Below are positions 9,302 to 18,556 of a stretch of 64,000 bases of DNA, in pieces. The DNA is from a bacterium. GTDB taxonomy: Bacteria > Bacteroidota > Ignavibacteria > Kapaibacteriales > Kapaibacteriaceae. The stretch is from the NCBI GenBank assembly GCA_036840065.1, contig DAITZZ010000003.1, forward strand, positions 28,378 to 92,377. The letters are read 5' to 3'. Under the pieces are notes generated by a model. The model was not told the DNA's origin, made no database searches, and saw only the letters and a program-made list of their open reading frames with translations. The translations under genes and the position numbers were made by a program. How positions within the stretch are numbered: the first letter of the stretch is position 1; each line of letters opens with the position of its first letter.

Positions 9302-9928
9302 TCACTGCGCCGGCTGGCTGCTGCAGAGAACTTCCCGACCCTCTTCGATCGGCTTCGGGTCAGGTGGGTTGGTGCCACGCTTGGAAATGATGTACGAGGC
9401 CACCTGCATCAGCTCGCGATCGGAAAGTTTGTTACCGCTACCATAAGCAAGCATGCCCTTCTCGGGGAAGCCAGTCGTGATGCTGGCAACGATCTCCTCC
9501 AGGGAACAGCCGTGAATCCAATGATCGTCGGTCAGATTAGGACCGACCTGCCCGCCCATGTCCTCGCGATGGCATGTATAGCAGAGGCTGTTCGTACCAT
9601 TGAAGATCTCGGCCCCCTTGGCCAGAGACTGTGCATCGGTCAGCAGAACGAGCGGTTCTTTCTTGGACTTCGGCGCATTGGCCATCATCACTTCCGCCTC
9701 TTTGATCTGCGCATCATACTCAGCCTGGGACGACCGCGGACCATACCAGAGGATGTTCCAATCGGGACCGGAGTAGATGTGGTAGTAGTACATGTACACC
9801 ACGCTCATCACGATCGTGAAGTAGAATCCATAGAGCCACCAGCGAGGAAGATTGTTGTCCAGCTCGCGGATGCCATCGGCCTCGTGATCGAGAAGTTTTT
9901 CGTCGGTATTCTGATGTTCCTGTGACAT
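9302..9928 (-). CDS. ccoP: cbb3-type cytochrome c oxidase subunit III (CcoP-like, monoheme variant)
   Basis: Conserved FixP N-terminus ...DHEADGIRELDNNLPRWWLYGFYFTIV... and a single heme-c site CYTCHREDMGGQVGPNLTDDHW. The likely start is Met37 (MSQEHQ...) of the 9302..10036 ORF, 4 nt after the ccoQ stop. Confidence 0.8.
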   Translation of the reverse strand: MSQEHQNTDEKLLDHEADGIRELDNNLPRWWLYGFYFTIVMSVVYMYYYHIYSGPDWNILWYGPRSSQAEYDAQIKEAEVMMANAPKSKKEPLVLLTDAQSLAKGAEIFNGTNSLCYTCHREDMGGQVGPNLTDDHWIHGCSLEEIVASITTGFPEKGMLAYGSGNKLSDRELMQVASYIISKRGTNPPDPKPIEEGREVLCSSQPAQ

Positions 9929-9932
9929 GACA

Positions 9933-10136
9933 TTACTCTCCGGATGAAGATGGTGAAGGTGCGGGGCCGGCGGGCTGACCATCGTCGAGCACCGCCGATG
10001 AGAGGCGTTGGAGTCGATTGTTGTCAACGAGCACAAACCAGATCATCAATGCGCTGAAGAAGCCGAAGAACAGCACCAGAGCAATGATCGGGTACCATTC
10101 GATTCCTGGGATACTTGTCAGAACGTTCTTATACAT
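9933..10136 (-). CDS. ccoQ: CcoQ/FixQ-like small membrane protein of the cbb3 oxidase
   Basis: 67 aa with one TM helix (WYPIIALVLFFGFFSALMIWFVLV). It sits between ccoNO and ccoP, as in other cco operons. Confidence 0.6.
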   Translation of the reverse strand: MYKNVLTSIPGIEWYPIIALVLFFGFFSALMIWFVLVDNNRLQRLSSAVLDDGQPAGPAPSPSSSGE

Positions 10137-10143
10137 GGCAACC

Positions 10144-12306
10144 TCACTTCATCGACGCCGTTGCCGGCGCCTTCTTGATGTCTGTACCGAGCCGCTGCAG
10201 GTAGGCGATCAAGGCGATGATCTCTCTGTCGGCGTTCACATCTTCAATTCCACTCGAGCGCAATGATTCGGCGATCAGCTCGGCCTGACCCCGAAGATCG
10301 TCTACGGCCTTGAGAGCGAACCCCTCTGCGTATGGAACGCCAAGCTTCTGCATTGTCAGGATCTTGCCTTCCGTATGGCGCAGATCAAGCTTGTCGCTGT
10401 AGAGCCACGGATAGGTCGGCATGATCGACCCGGGTGATGTCGAGCGAGGATCAAGCATGTGCTTGAAGTGCCACGCATCGGGACGCTTTCCACCCTCACG
10501 ATGAAGGTCCGGACCGGTTCGCTTCGATCCCCATTGGAACGGGCGATCATAGACAAACTCACCTGGCTTGGAGTACTCGCCGTAGCGCTCGGTTTCCGAG
10601 CGAAACGGACGGATCATCTGTGAATGGCAGGTATAGCAGCCTTCACGGACGTAGATGTCCCGACCCTCAAGCTCAAGGGGCGTATACGGCGTCACGGTCG
10701 AGATCGTCGGAATATTCGATTGAACCAGAGCCGTAGGGATAAACTCCACCACGCCCCCTATCAGGATGGCAATGAACACGTACACGGCAAAGCGAACCGG
10801 ACGTCCCTCCAGCACGCGGTGCCAGTATTCCTTTGTTTCGGGGGCATGAGACGTCTCAACGGCTGCAACGTGAACCTCTTCATTGGCCAGTAGCGATCCG
10901 CTCTTGGCCGTCTTGTAGAGATTCCATACGCCGACGCAGGCGCCGACCAGATATAGGGTTCCGCCGATCGACCGCATGATATACAGCGGAATCAGCTGCG
11001 TGACGGTGTCGAGGAAGTTCGTGTACTGCAGCGTTCCATCGGGAAGGAACTGCTTCCACATAAGCGACTGCGTGATCCCGCCGAAGTACATCGGAATTGC
11101 GTAGATCACCACGCCCAGCGTCATGAGCCAGAAGTGCGTGTTGGCCTGCGAAACGGAATGCAGCTTGGTCTGATAGATCCGCGGAATGATATAGTACAGC
11201 ATCGCAAAGGTCAGTCCGCCATTCCAGAGCAGAGCGCCAAGATGGACGTGTCCGATGATGTAGTCCGTATAGTGCGTCAGAGCATTGATGTTCTTGAGCG
11301 ACATCATCGGCCCTTCGAAGGTGGACATGCCGTAAGCCGTGATGCCGACAACAAGAAACTTCAAAACCGGGTCAATACGGACCTTGTCCCATGCGCCGCG
11401 CAGCGTCAGCAATCCATTGACCATACCGCCCCACGACGGCGCGATGAGCATGACAGAAAACACCACACCCAACGACTGGGCCCAGTCCGGAAGTGCCGTA
11501 TAGAGCAGGTGATGCGGACCTGCCCATATGTACAGGAAGATCAGGGCCCAGAAGTGGATGATGGAGAGTCGATAGGAGAAGACCGGCCGGCCGGAGGCCT
11601 TCGGTATGAAGTAGTACATGATGCCGAGAAATGGCGTCGTCAGGAAGAACGCAACGGCGTTATGTCCATACCACCACTGCACAAGCGCATCCTGTACGCC
11701 GGCATACATCGAATAGCTCTTCAGCAGATGCACCGGCAGAGCCAGTGAGTTGACCACGTGAAGCAGAGCCACGGTGATGAACGTTGCCAGATAGAACCAG
11801 ATCGCAACGTACATGTGACGCTCACGTCGACGCATCACCGTGCCGATCATGTTCCAGCCAAAGACAACCCAGACGAGTGTGATGGCGATATCGATCGGCC
11901 ATTCGAGCTCGGCGTACTCTTTGCTTGAGGTGATGCCCAGCGGCAGGGTAAGAGCAGCGCTGACGATAATCAGCTGCCATCCCCAGAAGTGGATCTTGCT
12001 GAGCATGTCGCTGAACATCCGCGCCTTGCAAAGACGCTGCAGCGAGTAGTACACGCCAACGAAGATCGCATTGCCGGCAAAGGCAAAGATCACTGCATTG
12101 GTATGCAGGGGGCGAAGGCGCCCGTACGACAGGAAGTCGATGCCTCCAAGAAACTCTGGCAGATAGAGCTTGATGGCGACGATCAGACCGACAAGGAATC
12201 CAATGATCCCCCATCCCATCGCCGCAATGGCGAACATCCTGACGATGTCGTTATCATAGCGGACAAGGTGCTGTGGACCTGTCTCGTGATGCTTTTGCGT
12301 TTCCAT
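10144..12306 (-). CDS. ccoN: cbb3-type cytochrome c oxidase subunit I fused to subunit II (CcoN-CcoO fusion)
   Basis: 720 aa. The N-terminal 12-TM heme-copper oxidase core has histidine ligands (HFWALIFLYIWAGPHHL..., YIIGHVHLGAL...). The C-terminal domain is CcoO (CYTCHSQMIRPFRSETERYGEYSKPGEFVYDRPFQWGSKRTGPDLHREGGKRPDAWHFKHMLDPRSTSPGSIMP). This fusion is characteristic of the Bacteroidota lineage. Confidence 0.95.
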   Translation of the reverse strand: METQKHHETGPQHLVRYDNDIVRMFAIAAMGWGIIGFLVGLIVAIKLYLPEFLGGIDFLSYGRLRPLHTNAVIFAFAGNAIFVGVYYSLQRLCKARMFSDMLSKIHFWGWQLIIVSAALTLPLGITSSKEYAELEWPIDIAITLVWVVFGWNMIGTVMRRRERHMYVAIWFYLATFITVALLHVVNSLALPVHLLKSYSMYAGVQDALVQWWYGHNAVAFFLTTPFLGIMYYFIPKASGRPVFSYRLSIIHFWALIFLYIWAGPHHLLYTALPDWAQSLGVVFSVMLIAPSWGGMVNGLLTLRGAWDKVRIDPVLKFLVVGITAYGMSTFEGPMMSLKNINALTHYTDYIIGHVHLGALLWNGGLTFAMLYYIIPRIYQTKLHSVSQANTHFWLMTLGVVIYAIPMYFGGITQSLMWKQFLPDGTLQYTNFLDTVTQLIPLYIMRSIGGTLYLVGACVGVWNLYKTAKSGSLLANEEVHVAAVETSHAPETKEYWHRVLEGRPVRFAVYVFIAILIGGVVEFIPTALVQSNIPTISTVTPYTPLELEGRDIYVREGCYTCHSQMIRPFRSETERYGEYSKPGEFVYDRPFQWGSKRTGPDLHREGGKRPDAWHFKHMLDPRSTSPGSIMPTYPWLYSDKLDLRHTEGKILTMQKLGVPYAEGFALKAVDDLRGQAELIAESLRSSGIEDVNADREIIALIAYLQRLGTDIKKAPATASMK

Positions 12307-12309
12307 GGG

Positions 12310-12537
12310 CTATCTCACCCTCCCGTGCAGATTGTGATGAATTGTTGTTGGTTTTTCACTTGTTGCTTGTTCGGCCTGCTGGGGCCGACTCCGGCGTTGC
12401 TCGTCGTCAAAGAGCATCCTCATGGCCGGTGTCTGCGTGTCATCATACTGTCCGCCCCGGGCGGCAACCACAAAGGCAATGACAAAGCCCCCTGCCACGA
12501 CCAGGCTCACGAGAATGATCAGCGGCATTACTCCCAT
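12310..12537 (-). CDS. ccoS: cbb3 oxidase maturation protein CcoS/FixS
   Basis: MGVMPLIILVSLVVAGGFVIAFVVAARGGQYDDTQTPAMRMLFDDE... is the single-TM CcoS signature. The track ORF (12310..12648) carries an implausible N-terminal extension overlapping ccoI. The start at 12537 (or Met41 at 12528, TAATG-coupled to the ccoI stop) is preferred. Confidence 0.7.
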   Translation of the reverse strand: MGVMPLIILVSLVVAGGFVIAFVVAARGGQYDDTQTPAMRMLFDDEQRRSRPQQAEQATSEKPTTIHHNLHGRVR

Positions 12538-14912
12538 GACACTCTCCTGTAGCTCCACCGCGCACCACCGACGCTGATGGCGATCACCAGCAACGAGCTG
12601 ATCGGCATCATGATGGCCGTTATCACCGGAGAGAGAGCGCCGCTGCATGCCAGCGTAAATCCGAGGGCATTGTAGATCATCGTGAACCAGAAGGCCATGC
12701 CGACAACTCTGTGCTGATCTGTGGCGTACTGCAGCACATGATCCAGCTCACTGATCCGATCGGCATCGATCATCACGTCACAGGCCGGCACGATGCGGCT
12801 TGATCCGTTGCTTACGGCCACGGAGACATTCGCCGCGGACATGGCAGCAATGTCATTCAGGCCGTCACCAACCATCAGCACGTGACCACCTCGACGCTGA
12901 ACATGGAGCACATACTCGACCTTCCGCTCGGGTGTGGCCGACATATGCAGATCACCGGCGCTGAAGACGCCCTCGAGCGCAGCACCCGAATCGGGTCCGT
13001 CTCCGGAGACCACACTCGTGGAGATCGATCGCTGTCCGAGACGTTGGATCATTTCACGCGCGCCGCTGCGAAGCACGTGTCGCATGACAAAGCGTCCAAC
13101 GGCTCGCCCATCGATGATGGCCATCGCACCCGAGCGGTTAACATCCATCGTAACGTCAGACATGGGAACATCAGCCAGTCCCACCGAACCAAGAGCGAGC
13201 TTTCGCTCGCCGAGCCGGCACGTCAGCCCCTTTCCGGGGATCTCCTCGACATTGGCGATGGGCACATCGGTCCATGGTGATTGCCGGGCAATGGCCTGAC
13301 TCATCGGATGCGTGCTGTGCCGAGCCATTGAAGAGAAGGCCATTCTCAGTGAGGGGGCGAGCTCTTCTCCGACATACTCGGCCTGCTCCGGTGATGTCAG
13401 TGTTCCGGTCTTGTCGAACACCACATGGGTCACACGCTGCAGTTCGCCAAGTGCCGCGACATTCTTCAGGAAGATCCCTCTGCGTGAGAGCATCGTCATG
13501 GCCGTGCCGTAGGTGATCGGCATCGCCAACGTCAGTGCGCACGGGCAGGCGATGATCAGCACCGAGGAGAATACCGAAATGGACGTGCCAACATCCGGCA
13601 GCCAGGCAAGGGCGGCAACAATGGCAATGGCAAGGACCGACGCCGTGAACACGAGTCCAAAACGCTCACTGGTCCACGACAGCGATCGCCGCTGCGTATG
13701 GATGTCCTGACGTGACCACAATGAGGCCATGTAACTGGATGTCGAGGGCTTGACAACATTCAGCTCAGCGGATCGGCCCAGGATGCGCCCCCCGGCAAAG
13801 AGCATTGCTCCCGGTGCGCACTCGAGCGGCTCGGACTCCCCGGTGAGATAGGCGTAGTCGACCACGGCCCCGGTGCGAAGCAGCACGGAATCGGCCGGGA
13901 TGACCTCGCTGTTGCGGACCACAATCGTATCGCCGACGCAGAGATCTTCGATGGCTACTTCCTGCTGCTGTCCGCGGCGCAGCACCGTTGCCGAGAGCGG
14001 GAAGAACGATCGCATGGAGCGGTCAAACTCCAGGGCCTCGAATGCCCGCTGCTGGAACAGCCGCCCGATCAGGAGAAAAAAGACCAGGCCGGTGAAGGAA
14101 TCAAGAAATCCCTCGCTGTGGAACACCAGAATATCGACCATGCTGCGCAGGAAGATGGTCACAATGCCCAGAGACACTGGCACATCAAGATTGACCACAC
14201 CCTTGCGAAGACTACCGAAGGCCGATCGAAGCCACGGCTGCGCGCAGAAGAAGAGCACCGGTAGACTGAGCGCGATCTCGATCACGCGCAGCGTAAGATC
14301 GACATCTGCCGAGAGTCCTCCCGGACCGGCCACGTACTTGGACAGGCCGATCATCATGACGTTACCGGCTGCGAACCCCGCCACGCCGAGCTGTGTGATG
14401 AGCCGGCGTCGACTGCGTCGCTGACCGTCCTGGCGATCGGTGTCTGTGACAACCACCGGCGGATAGCCGAGCGACGTCAGCAACATGGCGATCTTCGATG
14501 GCGTTGTCTGCCCTGTTCGATAATCGACCGTCAGGCCGCGCGAAAGTAGATCCACGCGCGAAGAGATGATCCCGGCGTCGAACCGCGACAGCCGTTCCAG
14601 AAGCCATACGCAGCTTGCACAGTGCATATCCGGCAGCTGAACGGTAAACGTGGAGCGTCCCGGTGCGGTATCAGCGGCGCGTAGACCCGCCGCTGCATCG
14701 AGGCCGTCGAAACGCATCTCAGGCTCACCAGCCGGACGCTGTCCGGGATGATCCTCTACGTCATAGTAGGTACAGGCATCATGCGAGCGCAGAAGCTCAT
14801 ACACGCCCAGGCAACCCTGACAGCAGAAGAGGTGCTCATCGGCCCTGATCGTATCATTTGGACAATCGGCGCCGCAGTGGTAACAGGTCCTATCGTGCCG
14901 CGGCACGCTCAT
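12528..14912 (-). CDS. ccoI: Copper-translocating P1B-type ATPase CcoI/FixI
   Basis: N-terminal cysteine-rich region plus an HMA-like motif (MHCASCVWLLERL), the CPC transduction motif (IIACPCALTLAMP), the phosphorylation site DKTGTLT, and the hinge MVGDGLNDIAAM. Confidence 0.9.
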   Translation of the reverse strand: MSVPRHDRTCYHCGADCPNDTIRADEHLFCCQGCLGVYELLRSHDACTYYDVEDHPGQRPAGEPEMRFDGLDAAAGLRAADTAPGRSTFTVQLPDMHCASCVWLLERLSRFDAGIISSRVDLLSRGLTVDYRTGQTTPSKIAMLLTSLGYPPVVVTDTDRQDGQRRSRRRLITQLGVAGFAAGNVMMIGLSKYVAGPGGLSADVDLTLRVIEIALSLPVLFFCAQPWLRSAFGSLRKGVVNLDVPVSLGIVTIFLRSMVDILVFHSEGFLDSFTGLVFFLLIGRLFQQRAFEALEFDRSMRSFFPLSATVLRRGQQQEVAIEDLCVGDTIVVRNSEVIPADSVLLRTGAVVDYAYLTGESEPLECAPGAMLFAGGRILGRSAELNVVKPSTSSYMASLWSRQDIHTQRRSLSWTSERFGLVFTASVLAIAIVAALAWLPDVGTSISVFSSVLIIACPCALTLAMPITYGTAMTMLSRRGIFLKNVAALGELQRVTHVVFDKTGTLTSPEQAEYVGEELAPSLRMAFSSMARHSTHPMSQAIARQSPWTDVPIANVEEIPGKGLTCRLGERKLALGSVGLADVPMSDVTMDVNRSGAMAIIDGRAVGRFVMRHVLRSGAREMIQRLGQRSISTSVVSGDGPDSGAALEGVFSAGDLHMSATPERKVEYVLHVQRRGGHVLMVGDGLNDIAAMSAANVSVAVSNGSSRIVPACDVMIDADRISELDHVLQYATDQHRVVGMAFWFTMIYNALGFTLACSGALSPVITAIMMPISSLLVIAISVGGARWSYRRVSWE

Positions 14913-15397
14913 GCCTGTGCGCCATTGATGGGCTTGATGCTCGGAAACAGCCTCTGGGCATAGCGGAACTCATCCGTCAGCCGTACGTTCAACTCACCGG
15001 CCTTCTTTGCCATGGTCTCGAGCGTCAGCCGGCGGGCGATCACGGTCAGCTCATTGCGGATCTTTGTCCAGTGTTCATGTGCCGGACAAGGCTCGGCAAT
15101 CCCGCAGCCCGGAAGACCAAGCATGCACTCTGTGAAGATCGACGTGCCGTCGATAGCACCGATAAGGTCGTAAAGGGTGATCTCGGTGGCCGGTTTGGCC
15201 AATGCCACGCCCCCTTTCGGCCCACGATACGAGTTCATCAGTCCCTCCTGCGTCAGCTGCTGCAGGACCTTGGTCAGAAAGTGAAACGAGATCTTGAGTT
15301 CAGACGCGATCTGACTGATCGGGACGAACTCCTGCGATGCGTTGGCAGCAACGTAAATCGTCGCTTGAATGCCATAAATGCAGGATTTTGAGAGCAT
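14909..15397 (-). CDS. Rrf2 family transcriptional regulator (IscR/NsrR-like, 3-Cys cluster-binding type)
   Basis: wHTH N-terminus MLSKSCIYGIQATIYVAANASQEFVPISQIASELKISFHFLTKVLQQLTQEGLMNSYRGPKGG and C-terminal cysteines (CMLGLPGCGIAEPC). Its stop overlaps the ccoI start by 4 nt (ATGA). Confidence 0.8.
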   Translation of the reverse strand: MLSKSCIYGIQATIYVAANASQEFVPISQIASELKISFHFLTKVLQQLTQEGLMNSYRGPKGGVALAKPATEITLYDLIGAIDGTSIFTECMLGLPGCGIAEPCPAHEHWTKIRNELTVIARRLTLETMAKKAGELNVRLTDEFRYAQRLFPSIKPINGAQA

Positions 15398-15492
15398 TGA
15401 GGATTCGTCCGGTGATTAATGCAGATTTCAGACTCTTTTGTCCAAAATAAGGACACGAGCCCGCTTTCGCAAGGGGCTACATGAATTTCAGC

Positions 15493-17931
15493 TTACCGGA
15501 ACGAGGGAAAACGCGTCGGATCGGACTCATGCATGATGCCATAGGCGGCATCAATGATGTGCTCGGCTTCGGGCTTCGACCAGTAGTTACCGTCAGTACC
15601 GTAGGCCGGACGATGGGGCTGCGCCGATAGCGTTACCGGCGCCGAATCGAGCCACCGGAATCCGTCCTGCACTTCGATGATCTCCCGCAGCATATATGCC
15701 GTGGTGCCTCCGGGGACGTCTTCATCAACGACCAGAAGGCGGTTGGTGCGCTTGAGTGAGTCGACGATCAGCCCCGACGTATCAAATGGGAGAAGCGTCT
15801 GTACATCAACAACCTCGATCGATACGCCGAGCAGCTCAAGAACCGATGCGGCGTCAAGGGCCACCCGCACGGTGGCTCCATAGGTCACCAGGGTGATGTC
15901 CGAACCGGGCCGGACGATTTCGGGAATACCAAGCGGGACGCTGTACTGCCCCATGTTCGACGGAATGGTCTCTTTCAGGCGGTAGCCGTTGAGCACCTCA
16001 ACGATCAGACCTGGGTCGTCGCCCTTCAGCAGCGTCTGATACATGCCGGCAGCCTGCACAAAATTGCGCGGCACGCAGACGTGCACTCCGCGCACGAGGT
16101 TGATGATCCCGGCCATCGGCGAGCCGGAGTGCCAGATTCCCTCAAGGCGATGTCCACGCGTGCGAACGATCACGGGCGCCTTCTGTCCCCCGCGCGTGCG
16201 CCATTGCACCGTGGCAAGATCATCACTCATCAGCTGGAGCGCATACAGAAGGTAATCCAGATACTGGATCTCGGCTACGGGTCGAAGACCGCGCATGGCA
16301 AGGCCGATGGCCTGACCCAGGATGGTGCATTCGCGGATGCCAACGTCGCTCACACGAAGGTCACCATAGGCGGCCTGCAGTCCAGTCGTCCCCTGGTTGA
16401 CGTCGCCCAGCTTACCGGTATCCTCACCAAAGATCACCACCCGCGGATCGGTCGATAGTGCATGGTCGAACCATGCCCTGATGACCTCCGAGCCATTGAC
16501 GGATGCCGCATCGTGAGCAAACTCCGCAGCGACATGCTGCATGGTAAGGGGGCTGTGGGCTGACTCGCTGTGCAGGTGCGATGCGTAAAGCGGACGGATG
16601 CGAGCATCGAGATCCTTACGCCAGCGTGCCAGCTCGGCAAGGTGCGAACGGGTGTATGCACGTCCGATCACCAGCGCCCGATGAGTGGCCGTCATGATGT
16701 CACGGCGGAACGGCTCGCGAATGCGCTCGAGATCATCGGCAATGCGCGTGATCTCTGAGGCGACCTCTGCCGAGTCTGAGCCCCCTATCGACGCGGCGGC
16801 AGCTCTCAGCACGCCCACACACTGACTGATCTCTGAGCGGATCGGGGCGATATAGGCATCCCAGGCTTCCTGCTTGGACTGCTGCACAGAGCGCACGGCT
16901 TCTTCGTCGATCGCCGCAAGCTCATCAGCCGTTGCCACCCCCTGATCAAGGATCCACTGGCGCAGACGGGTAATGCCATCCATCTGCTGTTCCCATTCGA
17001 GGCGCTCCGGCGACTTGTAACGCTCGTGCGAGCCGCTCGTGGAGTGACCCTGTGGCTGTGTCACGTCGATCACGTGAATGATCTGCGGAACATGCTCCCG
17101 GCGGGCCGTCTCGGCGGCACGTCGATAGGTATCAACCAGTGCGGGATAATCCCAGGCACGGACGACATGGATGTCGTACCCGTCGCGCGTGCCCGGCCTG
17201 CGGGCAAATCCCTGCAGGAGTTCGCCGACGTTGGACTTGGTCACCTGAAACTCATTCGGCACACTGATGCCGTAGCCGTCATCCCAGATCGAGATCACAG
17301 CCGGCGCCTTCAGTACCCCGATGGCGTTAACGCTTTCCCAGAACATACCCTCGGCGCTCGACGCGTTGCCGATCGTGCCAAAGGCAACTTCGTTGCCACC
17401 GTTGCTGTGGTCGGGCATTCCGGCCAGCACGGGGACCTCACGGAAGAGCCGGGAGGCGTACGCCAGGCCCACCAGACGGGGCATCTGAGAACCCGTCGGA
17501 GAGACATCCGCAGAGACATTCACGGAGGATGTCAGGGACCGCCACGAGCCGTCGGACTCGAGGAATCGCGTAGCAAAGTGGCCGTTCATGGAACGTCCGG
17601 CACTTGCCGGTTCGGCTTCAATGTCCGTGTGCGCATAGAGCTGCGCAAAGAACTTCCGCACATCGCTCTGGCCGATGGCGAACATAAACGTCTGGTCGCG
17701 GTAATAGCCGCTCCTCCAGTCACCCGGCTGCGCCGCGCGCGCCATGGCCAGCTGCGCCACTTCCTTGCCGTCGCCGAAGATTCCGAACTTGGCCTTGCCC
17801 GTCAGAACCTCTTTACGTCCCAGAAGTGATGCCTGCCGACTTAGAACGGCAAGTCGGTAATCGTTGAGGATGTCTTCGGGAGATAATCCGCCCGGCAGCG
17901 CGTCAGCCGTCGCCTTCTTGCTCTTCTTCAT
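15493..17931 (-). CDS. 2-oxoacid dehydrogenase E1 component, fused alpha-beta subunits (~812 aa)
   Basis: The N-terminal half is TPP-binding E1 alpha-like (…GNASSAEGMFWESVNAIGVLKAPAVISIWDDGYGISVP…). The C-terminal half is transketolase-like E1 beta (…RVVIFGEDTGKLGDVNQGTTGLQAAYGDLRVSDVGIRECTILGQAIGLAMRGLRPVAEIQYLDY…). The likely start is Met28 (MKKSKKATADALP) of the 15493..18012 ORF. Confidence 0.85.
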   Translation of the reverse strand: MKKSKKATADALPGGLSPEDILNDYRLAVLSRQASLLGRKEVLTGKAKFGIFGDGKEVAQLAMARAAQPGDWRSGYYRDQTFMFAIGQSDVRKFFAQLYAHTDIEAEPASAGRSMNGHFATRFLESDGSWRSLTSSVNVSADVSPTGSQMPRLVGLAYASRLFREVPVLAGMPDHSNGGNEVAFGTIGNASSAEGMFWESVNAIGVLKAPAVISIWDDGYGISVPNEFQVTKSNVGELLQGFARRPGTRDGYDIHVVRAWDYPALVDTYRRAAETARREHVPQIIHVIDVTQPQGHSTSGSHERYKSPERLEWEQQMDGITRLRQWILDQGVATADELAAIDEEAVRSVQQSKQEAWDAYIAPIRSEISQCVGVLRAAAASIGGSDSAEVASEITRIADDLERIREPFRRDIMTATHRALVIGRAYTRSHLAELARWRKDLDARIRPLYASHLHSESAHSPLTMQHVAAEFAHDAASVNGSEVIRAWFDHALSTDPRVVIFGEDTGKLGDVNQGTTGLQAAYGDLRVSDVGIRECTILGQAIGLAMRGLRPVAEIQYLDYLLYALQLMSDDLATVQWRTRGGQKAPVIVRTRGHRLEGIWHSGSPMAGIINLVRGVHVCVPRNFVQAAGMYQTLLKGDDPGLIVEVLNGYRLKETIPSNMGQYSVPLGIPEIVRPGSDITLVTYGATVRVALDAASVLELLGVSIEVVDVQTLLPFDTSGLIVDSLKRTNRLLVVDEDVPGGTTAYMLREIIEVQDGFRWLDSAPVTLSAQPHRPAYGTDGNYWSKPEAEHIIDAAYGIMHESDPTRFPSFR

Positions 17932-17953
17932 AGGCGGCAAAGTTACGACGTTG

Positions 17954-18556
17954 CTACGGCTCGGCGAAGAGCGAAGGCTGATGTGGAGAACCTTCCACGT
18001 GCTGCCGCACAAGATCAGTGGCGCGCGTCAGCGTTTCTTCGAGCTTGTTGTTGACCAGCACGACGTCGAACATTTCCTGGTGTGCCATTTCCATTTCCGC
18101 CCGTGCCAGACGCGTATCGATCTGTTCGGCCGTCTCCGTGTGCCGGCTGGTAAGGCGCTCACGCAGCGACTCCAACGATGGCGGCGCAACAAAGATCAGC
18201 AGCGTGTCCTGCGGGAAAGCCCCCTGCAGCGAGAGTGCACCTTTAACGTCGACGTCGAACACCAGGAACTCCCCGCGACCGATCGCTTCGGAGACGACCG
18301 TGCGAAGTGTTCCGTAATAATTGCCGAAGATCTCTTCGTACTCGATGAGATCGCCCTGCTCGATCCGCTGGCGAAACTCCTCACGGGAGAGAAAAAAGTA
18401 GTCCGTTGCGTCAACCTCGCCCGGACGCTGCTGGCGCGTGGTGGCACTTACGCTGAAGCGAAGCTGCGGGAACGTCGACAGAAGATGCCGCGCAACCGTG
18501 GTCTTGCCGGCTCCGGATGGAGCACTCAGGACAATGAGGTGTTTTCTATTCGACAT
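17954..18556 (-). CDS. gmk: Guanylate kinase
   Basis: P-loop LIVLSAPSGAGKTTVARHLL and the GMP-binding fold. The likely start is Met10 (MSNRKHLIVL...) of the 17954..18583 ORF. Confidence 0.9.
   Translation of the reverse strand: MSNRKHLIVLSAPSGAGKTTVARHLLSTFPQLRFSVSATTRQQRPGEVDATDYFFLSREEFRQRIEQGDLIEYEEIFGNYYGTLRTVVSEAIGRGEFLVFDVDVKGALSLQGAFPQDTLLIFVAPPSLESLRERLTSRHTETAEQIDTRLARAEMEMAHQEMFDVVLVNNKLEETLTRATDLVRQHVEGSPHQPSLFAEP

Noticed and set aside
12310-12648. N-terminal 37-aa extension of the ccoS ORF and the 6607..7395 ORF start
   Set aside because: Both extensions overlap the upstream gene substantially (120 nt and 76 nt) and lack family features. Internal starts (ATG at 12537/12528, GTG near 7323) give standard translational-coupling geometry.
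15398-15492. Hairpin-like GC stretch (…gagcccgctttcgcaaggggct…) upstream of rrf2 as a candidate Rrf2 box
   Set aside because: The inverted symmetry is imperfect and short. I could not confirm a credible palindrome by eye, so it is mentioned only as a place to scan with a PWM.
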